Source: Blastocladiella emersonii ATCC 22665
Taxonomy: Eukaryota > Fungi > Blastocladiomycota
DNA length: 64,000 nt
Direction of reading: 5' to 3'
NCBI GenBank assembly: GCA_025594325.1
Contig: JANHCV010000016.1
Location: forward strand, 62,001-126,000
Numbering within the stretch: position 1 is the first letter of the stretch; each line of letters opens with the position of its first letter. Below, piece after piece: positions 57,047 through 64,000 of the stretch. Position numbers and translations under genes: made by a program. The notes under the pieces were generated by a model. It saw only the letters and a list, made by a program, of their open reading frames with translations. It was not told where the DNA came from and ran no database searches.

Positions 57047-57840
57047 GGTTGTGTGTTTGCGTGAGGTGGCGAGGGAGAGGAGAGAGCGGCTCGAAAGCGC
57101 GTCTCTCGAAGCGGTTCAGCGGCCCACGTGCGCGAGGAGCGACGCGTTGCGCCACACCCGGCGCTCCCGTTGCTCCTCGCGTCCTCCTGGACCGAATGCG
57201 TCGATGCACCCGGGTCCGACTTGCTGCAAACTGACCGTTCTGGATGTGCACGCCCGTTGAACTCGAAAGAGAGTTGATCCCTTGAAAGCGCTGAGCGTCA
57301 AATGATTGAAGAAGGGCCTGGAGCTTCTACGACGATGCCAGCTGACCTTCGAGCTTGGCACGAGAAGGGACCATCCTCCCAAACTGTCGCACTCCGTGGG
57401 TCCGATGCCCTGGAGTCGATCACCTCGAAACTCGCCAGGCGCTTCGCGTGCTTGTGCGCCACCGCCGCCACTCGCCGTTGGGCGCCAAGCATAAAACGTC
57501 AAGTGCTTCCAGCGCGTGAAACTCGCCACTGGATTGCTCGCGTCCCGTCCCAAGGAAGAAATTTGCGGCGGCACACCAGAATCGAGCGTTTTACGTGTGT
57601 CGACTCGGGCCAAGTCCCTGGGCCAGCGAAGGGGAGTCGCTTGAACAGCGCCGCCGCCGCCGCCGCCGCCACCATCTCATTGTGCCGACGAGAGCGAGTG
57701 CAGGTGGTCGCCCCAACACACCGCCAAGAAGGGGAGGAGATGGAGGAGGAAAAGTGTTGCAATGCGAATAAAGTGCGCGTCCGCCCGCGCTCCACCGCTG
57801 CACGTCGTACCCTCGTCTGAGCCTGCAAAACACATCCACC

Positions 57841-58650
57841 ATGACCATCTTCTCGTCCAACGACTACTCTTCCCGCGCCCTCACCGCGGCGTATGCCGGC
57901 GAGCCGGTGGCGGTCGTCGGGCCGCAGCACGTGCAGACGAGTGGCCCTGTCGACTTGGCCATCAACGTGATCAAGGACGCGACCGAGTCCATCGAGTTCC
58001 TCGGCCACCATTGGTCCGTCGTCATGCCGGTGACCAACAAGGCGACGAGGGTCGTCGACTACAAGATGGTCGGCCACACGCCCATTAGCACGGCGCACCT
58101 CGTCATCGGCGACACGCTGCGCAACGAGCCGCTGGCGGCCATGTACCTCGAGTCCAACTCTTTCATCGACCGCACCGCGCAGGTGATCCGCACCGCGGAC
58201 AAGGTCCCCGAGTGGGTCGTGCAGAACTTCCCCGACTCGTTCATGCGCGAGATCGCGGGGCTCGCGCCTGGCGCTATCCAGGCGAACCCTGGCAACTACA
58301 AGGACGAGGACCCAAACGCGCTCCCTTGCTACGGCGGCAGCACGGCGGTGGGCGCGACGGCCATGCGCATCATGCAGGTCAAGCTCAAGTACGGCCTGTT
58401 CGGGATCACGGTCAAGGCCAAGACAACAGGCGGAGCGCTCATCGTTGGCAAGGGCAGCCAGAGCAAGCTGCACTTTTTCCTTGGCCACCCTAAGGAGGGC
58501 GGAGAGCTCATTGCTCGCGCCGAGTCCAAGAAGCGGTTTGATCTTACCAAGCTGATCAACGTGTCGATCGCCCCGGGCATCGACGTGGCGGCGGTGCTCT
58601 GTATCGTTGGTTCGGTGAAGCGAATGATGGACTGTGTGATCCCCGAGTGA
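57841..58650 (+). CDS. LURP1/Tubby-C-like protein, second subfamily, 269 aa, intronless
   Basis: PVAVVGPQHV...VDLAI N-terminus and INVSIAPGIDVAAVLCIVG C-terminus. Intact paralogue of 4519-5338. Confidence 0.7.
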   Translation: MTIFSSNDYSSRALTAAYAGEPVAVVGPQHVQTSGPVDLAINVIKDATESIEFLGHHWSVVMPVTNKATRVVDYKMVGHTPISTAHLVIGDTLRNEPLAAMYLESNSFIDRTAQVIRTADKVPEWVVQNFPDSFMREIAGLAPGAIQANPGNYKDEDPNALPCYGGSTAVGATAMRIMQVKLKYGLFGITVKAKTTGGALIVGKGSQSKLHFFLGHPKEGGELIARAESKKRFDLTKLINVSIAPGIDVAAVLCIVGSVKRMMDCVIPE

Positions 58651-59141
58651 GAATACATCCCACCTTTGCGCATTACAAATCTATCACATTCGCGCCTTTC
58701 TTTCAGCAAAAAAGAGGTCTCAGGGGAAAAACTTGAAGGACTCATTGCGAGACGCGTTGCGAAATCACGTGGTCCATGGAGTGATCCGCAATGTGATCCG
58801 CGATGCGCAGGCAGCACTGCGACACGCGAAGCCCTCTAGTCGGGAGGTCATCGTTGAGCGGAGTTTCACGCCGGGAATATAGTATCTGCTGTAGTGGGGC
58901 GTGCGTGCGAGACATGCGAGACACGCACGCGTCAAGGTCAGGTGTGGATCACGCCACCCACCGACGCCGCCTCCCACGCCTCCGCCGCGGCCCAACGCGC
59001 GGCGCACTCTCGCGCTTGGTTCCTGTTCAAGGATGAATGAAGCTGTTCCTGTTTGATACACTGGTTGATTTCCCCTGCAATACCATCCTGTCGCAGTACG
59101 TCGCGTGTATCCCGCTTCCCCCGTGCCTGAGTAGAATAGCA

Positions 59142-59155
59142 GGTTATGAGCCCTG
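59142..59155 (+). promoter_or_regulatory. Primer-binding site GGTTATGAGCCCTG (tRNAiMet anticodon-arm type)
   Basis: Immediately follows CA. Complementary to the anticodon stem-loop of initiator tRNA-Met, as used by Ty5 and Drosophila copia. Confidence 0.8.
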
Positions 59156-59279
59156 GTGCAGCCTCTCGCCGCAGCTCAAGAGGACGCAGGAGATGTCTTC
59201 AACGTAACCAGCAACCTCGAGCTGTCATGAGGACAGCAGGGGTAGAAGGCTCCGCCGGAAGGTGTAGAGCATGATGGTC

Positions 59280-59460
59280 GCTCGCCCCACGAGGGGGCTT
59301 GAGCACCAAAGCTCGCCCTTTGAGGGGGCTGGAGCACCAAGGAGCTTTGCTTGCCCCACGAGGGGGCTGGAGCACCAAGGAGCTTTGCTCGCCCCACGAG
59401 GGGGCTGGAGCACCAAGGAGATTTGCTTGCCCCTCGAGGGAGCTGGAGCACCAAGGAGAT
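59280..59460 (+). repeat. 38-bp tandem hairpin-forming repeat x about 5 in retroelement leader
   Basis: GGAG(C/A)T recurs at 59341, 59379, 59417 and 59455. Unit is TGCTCGCCCCACGAGGGGGCTGGAGCACCAAGGAGCTT. Confidence 0.9.
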
Positions 59461-59508
59461 GACCATGGACAAGAAGCTGACCTGACATGGCGTCACGCGC
59501 GCTACCAG

Positions 59509-62500
59509 ATGACCGACGTCAACATGGACAAGCAGAACAAGGCCGACGCGGTCATTGCTGACCTCCTTGAGGGCAAGATTGACAAGCTGACCGCCTGCCT
59601 GCAGATTGTCAACCTGCAGATCGGTGACGCCATGTTCCAGTACTTCAACACGATCAACTCGGCGCCCGAGATCCCGCTGCGCCCACCGCCCGAGACGCCC
59701 ACCGGCAGCGGCAGCGGCAGCGGCCCGATTGTGGCGACCATTGACCCGCAGCTGGCGGCCAAGCTCAGCATGTCAGTTGACGAGTTCAAGAAGACGCGTG
59801 AGTCGCTCTTCGCGGCGTACATGCCAATCCCAGTCCCCAACCTCAAGATTGAGCGCATCCCGCCCTTCAAGCTCGAGATTGCCAAGCACGAGTCGATCGA
59901 GGGCATCAACTTTGACCCATGGGTCATCGACGTCGTAATGGCGGCCCGTGGCGCCGGCATTGCGTCGGCGCTTTTCTTCACGGAGACTGAGTGGATTGCC
60001 AAGACCGAGGGGACCAAGAACATGTTCGCGTCGCACGCAACGCAGCTGAACCTCGCCATCCGTGACTCGCTCCCCATTGGGCTCAAGGCTGCTGTCAACC
60101 ACAACGACCAGCCAATCAAGGTCATGCTCCAGATGTACCGCTACATGCAGCGTACCCACTCAGCCCAGATGCCCAAGCTCAAGCGCCAGCTCAATGCCAC
60201 CCAGTTTGACTCAACCAACCTCGACAACCTGCCCGCGTTCCTCGTGGACCTGCAGAACAAGATCATGCGCTACACCACCGCCATGGGGTCCGCCGAGGGT
60301 ACCCACAACATGGGCAGCAAGGCCGCCTTCTTCATGTTCCGCACCGAGGTGGGCATCAAGATCCCGGCCGCTTTCAACCCGACGATCACCGGTCTGTCGC
60401 CATTCATCTCGCTTGACAAGGAGCTCCAGAAGGCCAAGACCATGTTGGACATCCACAAGGTTGTCATCGAGTACTTTGCGCGCCATCGCCCAGCAATCAC
60501 CCACGCAGCCAACGCCACCATCTTGGCCAAGCATGCCAACGTGGTGGTGCAGCAGGCGTTCCTTGCCGACGATCGCCATACGGGTAACGGCAGCGACAAG
60601 GGCGGGCGCAACCGCAGGCGCAGGGGCGGCAAGGGTTGCGGCTGCAGCCATAGTCGCAGTTGCAGTCGCAGTCGCAGCCGCAGCCGTGATGGTGGCCACC
60701 GGGGCAGCTACCGCAGTCGTAGCCACACCCCCGACCGGCGCTCGCGGTACCGCAGCTGTAGCCGCAGCCACAACAGGCGCCGCAAGGTGATGTGCCTGTG
60801 CGGCCGGCCTCACGTAATTGACGGGTGCTGGCACGACCGCGACCGCAACATGGCCAAGTTCCTGGCGCCAGCGGGCTTCCAGATCAAGGAGGACATTGCG
60901 CGGGCGCACAAGGAGAAGCGCCGCGCGGGTGGCTTGCAAAAGGACGCGGCCTACGTGTGCATGGTTGACCTCAACAAGAACGAGATCACAGAGCACGCCC
61001 TGCTCACCACGATGCACGGCGACGGGTCCAAGCAGTCAACCTGGCTCCTCGACTCGGGCGCCAGCACGCACCTCTCGCCCTACAAGGACGACTTCACCTC
61101 GCTTACCAAGCTCAACACCCCTTGTTGCATTGCCGTGGGCAAGTCGCAGACGGCGGTGTACGGGACCCACATTGGCAAGGTTGAGATCCAGCCCCTTGAC
61201 GCTGAGGGTCGGCCCACCCGGATCATCCTACGTGACGTCCTGTACGCGCCTGACCTGGCGCGTCGCCTGATCAGCACAACGCAGCTGCAGCGTGACGGCG
61301 TGACGTCAACGTTCCCCGCCAACAAGACCACCTTCACGCTGGAGCTGGCACGTGGCCGCAAGATCAAGGGCGCGATCCATGGGCGCCTCCCGACGCTTGT
61401 GGGCGCGCTGCCCACTCGCGCGCAGGCGCGGGTGCCCGAGGCCGAGAAGGCCCACTTCCACCGCCCAACGGAGGAGTCGGCCATGATGGTCGCCAATCTT
61501 GGCATGTATGCGGGGCTGCACCCCGACGTCCGTTTCTGGGCGTGCCTGTCGGACAAGGACATGAAGAAGACCGTTGACAAGGAGCGCGCCGTGGCCGTCA
61601 AGGTCATGACCAAGATCAATGAGCAGTTGTTCGCTGATATGATTGGCAACGAGACCAACGCGCAGCACACGGCGCTGGTGGCGTGCGCGACTGTCCCCAA
61701 GGCCGGCGCGTGCGACGCCACGTTCCACACGTTTGCCAACACAACGCTCAACTACTCGCTGCAGCACGTCGCGCACGTGCGGCTTGGTCACCCAGGCGCC
61801 CACATCATCAAGGCGGTCCTTGCGGACCCGGCGTACAAGCTGGTCGACCTCGCCCGTCAATGCACTGGGAACCACAGCGACGAGGACGTGGGCGGCATCT
61901 GCGTGTTGTGCGTCACGGCCAATATCCAGCGCGGCCCGTTGGCGGGCCCCACAGGCGAGAAGACCAAGGCGCGCATCGAGTGCCTGCGCTTCAACCTCGC
62001 CATTGTCAACAAGGCCGCCATCAAGGACAAGACGTGCATCCTGCTCGTGCTCGACAACTACACGCGCAAGGCCTGGGCGTTTGCCCTCGAGGCCAAGTCC
62101 AACGCGCCTGAGTTCATCATGAAGCTCGTCAACCGCCTCGAGAACGAGACCGACACCACTGTCAAGCGGTTCCGCTCGGACAACGGCGGCGAGTTCAAGA
62201 ACAAGACGCTCACCGAGTGGGCCGCCGCCAAGGGCATCGAGTGGCATTTCTTGCCACCGGGTAACCACCACGCCAACAGGCGCATCGAGCGGCTGGTGCA
62301 GGACGTGACTGTCAAGGCCCACGCGTCGATCGCTGCCGCCGTTGACCTGCCTGAGACGTACTGGCCGTACGCGTTCACGGCCGCGTGTTTCGTCCGCAAC
62401 TGCCTCCCGAGCACTGCGCTTGAGCAGCCCAAGGGCCGCTACCACATCTTGCCGCACGAGGCGTGGTCGGGTGAGGCGCCGGATCTTGGCATCTTCCGCG

Positions 62501-64000
62501 CGTGGTCGGCGGACGTGGTTGTCTGTTCCCCGCGCAACAACATCAGCAAGATCCGCCCGCGTGGTTCCTCGATGCGCCTGCTCTGCTACACCAACGGCGG
62601 TGCCGCGTACATTGTTGTTGACCTCGAGACCCAGGAGATCCACACCACCAGCTGGGCCGTGTTCGACGAGACCCGCGTCATGGAGCGGTCGTTCCGCCGG
62701 CGGTCGGCGGGGGCTGCCGCGCCTGAGTCGGCAGGAGCTGCCGAGCCCGAGTCGGCGGGGGCTGCCGCGCCCAAGTCGGCGGGAGCTGCCAAGCCCAAGT
62801 CGGCGGGAGCTGCCGCGCCCAGGTCGGCGGGAGCCATTGCGCCGCAGCCGGCGGAAGCTGCTGCGCCGCAGTCGGCGGGAGCTCCGGCTGCCGTGTCCAC
62901 CGCTGCGCGGCGGGAGGGTGCGGGCGGCGAAGCCGCCTCAGCACTGCATTGCGATGTCGCCGGTCCCGATCGCGATTACGGCGCTACGGACCTGGTGCCC
63001 ATCGGTGATCACGGCGTCGCAGCTCGGAAACGTGCTGCATCTCCCGCGCCTGATCTGGAGCGCGAGCCGAAGCGCACCAACCCGGCCCGCTCAAACCGCG
63101 GCCAGCTGCCGGCCAAGTTCAAGGACTCGGACACCACCATTGATCCGACGGACGACGCTGCGCGAAACAGCAGCGCGCGTGACGAGTACACGCTCAACTA
63201 CGGGTTCATCGCGGCGCTGCTGGACGACAAGGCCGCCGCGTTCCTCGGCGAGTTCGTCGACATCCTGACGCCTCAGACGTATAAGGAGGCCATGTCCAGC
63301 GCGCAGTGGGCCGAGTGGGTCCAGGCCATCAAGGAGGAGCTCCAGTCCCTCATTGACAACGACACGTTCGAGTTTGTCAAGTGGCCAGTGCGCGGCGACG
63401 GCCGCATGGCCCACGTCATCACGTCCATGTTCGTGTTCGCGCTCAAGCGCAACAACAAGGGCGAGGTGACCCGCTTCAAGGCGCGTCTCGTTGCGCACGG
63501 AAACCAGCAGATCGAGGGCCGCGACTTCAACGCGACGTTTGCGCCCGCCGTCGCCCACGGATCGGCGCGCACGCTGTTCGCCATCGCCGCCGCGCAGGGC
63601 CTGCCCGTCCATTCGATGGACGTGACGAGCGCGTACGTCCACGCGTCGTTGAAGGAGACGGTGTACATGCGCGCGCCCGAGGGCATGGACATCAAGGACG
63701 GCCACGTCCTGAAGCTCAAGAAGTCGCTGTACGGTCTGCGCCAGGCTGGCCACGAGTGGTCGAACCACCTCGCCGCCATCCTCATCAAGAACGGGTTCAT
63801 TGCCAGCGCCGCCGACTGCTGCGTGTACATTCGGCGTACGCGCACGTCCGTCACGTACCTGATCGCCTACGTCAACAACATCCTGATCGCGGGCACCAAC
63901 GAGAAGGAGGTCGCCGCTGTCAAGGCCGCGCTCGCGCGAGAGCTCAAGATCAAGGACCTGGGCCTGGCCTCGAAATACCTCAACATGCAGGTGATCCAGA
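59509..64000 (+). CDS. Copia Gag-Pol polyprotein, open to the window end but with mutated catalytic motifs
   Basis: Read through by hand in frame 1 without a stop. Contains protease WLLDSGAS, integrase H-RLGH..C..C and RSDNGGEF, RT KARLVA, MDVTSAY, KKSLYGLRQAG, and YVNN in place of YVDD. Confidence 0.88.
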   Translation, partial: MTDVNMDKQNKADAVIADLLEGKIDKLTACLQIVNLQIGDAMFQYFNTINSAPEIPLRPPPETPTGSGSGSGPIVATIDPQLAAKLSMSVDEFKKTRESLFAAYMPIPVPNLKIERIPPFKLEIAKHESIEGINFDPWVIDVVMAARGAGIASALFFTETEWIAKTEGTKNMFASHATQLNLAIRDSLPIGLKAAVNHNDQPIKVMLQMYRYMQRTHSAQMPKLKRQLNATQFDSTNLDNLPAFLVDLQNKIMRYTTAMGSAEGTHNMGSKAAFFMFRTEVGIKIPAAFNPTITGLSPFISLDKELQKAKTMLDIHKVVIEYFARHRPAITHAANATILAKHANVVVQQAFLADDRHTGNGSDKGGRNRRRRGGKGCGCSHSRSCSRSRSRSRDGGHRGSYRSRSHTPDRRSRYRSCSRSHNRRRKVMCLCGRPHVIDGCWHDRDRNMAKFLAPAGFQIKEDIARAHKEKRRAGGLQKDAAYVCMVDLNKNEITEHALLTTMHGDGSKQSTWLLDSGASTHLSPYKDDFTSLTKLNTPCCIAVGKSQTAVYGTHIGKVEIQPLDAEGRPTRIILRDVLYAPDLARRLISTTQLQRDGVTSTFPANKTTFTLELARGRKIKGAIHGRLPTLVGALPTRAQARVPEAEKAHFHRPTEESAMMVANLGMYAGLHPDVRFWACLSDKDMKKTVDKERAVAVKVMTKINEQLFADMIGNETNAQHTALVACATVPKAGACDATFHTFANTTLNYSLQHVAHVRLGHPGAHIIKAVLADPAYKLVDLARQCTGNHSDEDVGGICVLCVTANIQRGPLAGPTGEKTKARIECLRFNLAIVNKAAIKDKTCILLVLDNYTRKAWAFALEAKSNAPEFIMKLVNRLENETDTTVKRFRSDNGGEFKNKTLTEWAAAKGIEWHFLPPGNHHANRRIERLVQDVTVKAHASIAAAVDLPETYWPYAFTAACFVRNCLPSTALEQPKGRYHILPHEAWSGEAPDLGIFRAWSADVVVCSPRNNISKIRPRGSSMRLLCYTNGGAAYIVVDLETQEIHTTSWAVFDETRVMERSFRRRSAGAAAPESAGAAEPESAGAAAPKSAGAAKPKSAGAAAPRSAGAIAPQPAEAAAPQSAGAPAAVSTAARREGAGGEAASALHCDVAGPDRDYGATDLVPIGDHGVAARKRAASPAPDLEREPKRTNPARSNRGQLPAKFKDSDTTIDPTDDAARNSSARDEYTLNYGFIAALLDDKAAAFLGEFVDILTPQTYKEAMSSAQWAEWVQAIKEELQSLIDNDTFEFVKWPVRGDGRMAHVITSMFVFALKRNNKGEVTRFKARLVAHGNQQIEGRDFNATFAPAVAHGSARTLFAIAAAQGLPVHSMDVTSAYVHASLKETVYMRAPEGMDIKDGHVLKLKKSLYGLRQAGHEWSNHLAAILIKNGFIASAADCCVYIRRTRTSVTYLIAYVNNILIAGTNEKEVAAVKAALARELKIKDLGLASKYLNMQVIQ
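62704..62890 (+). repeat. 24-bp tandem repeat x about 8 encoding SAGAAAP(E/K) in IN-RT linker
   Basis: TCGGCGGG(G/A)GCTGCCG.GCCC.AG units seen directly. Confidence 0.85.

Larger units (their letters stand above)
58888..64000 (+). mobile_element. Ty1/copia LTR retrotransposon (runs off window; left LTR edge uncertain)
   Basis: LTR-like end ...ATAGCA at 59141 directly followed by the PBS, then gag-PR-IN-RT order. The TGT start at 58888 is only a guess without the 3' LTR. Confidence 0.9.

Noticed and set aside
59280-59460. 38-bp palindromic repeats as a CRISPR array
   Set aside because: Units are directly adjacent with no unique spacers, there are no cas genes, and they lie inside a eukaryotic retrotransposon leader.

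Overview
GC-rich eukaryotic genomic DNA from a flagellated (zoosporic) fungus. IFT57, LRRCC1/VFL1 and ARMH1 are present, and introns are short (mostly about 55-70 nt) with GTACG/GTGCG donors and CTRAC branch sites. This fits an Allomyces-like blastocladiomycete (inference). About 25 protein genes are supported. Housekeeping genes: SNRNP27, an RBMS/MSSP-type RRM protein, CENP-X/MHF2, alpha-COP, MLH3, a synaptojanin-like Sac1/5-phosphatase, cytochrome c and an F-box/LRR protein. Accessory genes: three intact P450s plus a truncated P450, and a six-member LURP1/Tubby-C-like family (three with MGxxxS myristoylation starts, one frameshifted). The right end holds a Ty1/copia LTR retrotransposon. Main highlights: (1) an apparently perfect 2,144-bp inverted duplication (32951-35094 / 38762-40905) carries tRNA-Ala(CGC) and a gene for a 251-aa protein built of ten (Gln-x)n-aromatic-Gly/His repeats, a candidate functional amyloid or beta-solenoid, and flanks a P450; (2) the copia gag-pol frame is fully open, but its RT YVDD reads YVNN and many other changes fit CpG deamination; (3) a candidate fungal EROS/CYBC1 homologue ends in KKxx; (4) a signal peptide-TM-pseudokinase-like receptor can be reconstructed across introns; (5) a tail-anchored thioredoxin carries a p97/Cdc48 SHP-box-like motif. 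All family assignments come from recalled motifs, not database searches. Most long ORFs in the supplied track are antisense shadows of GC-biased genes.
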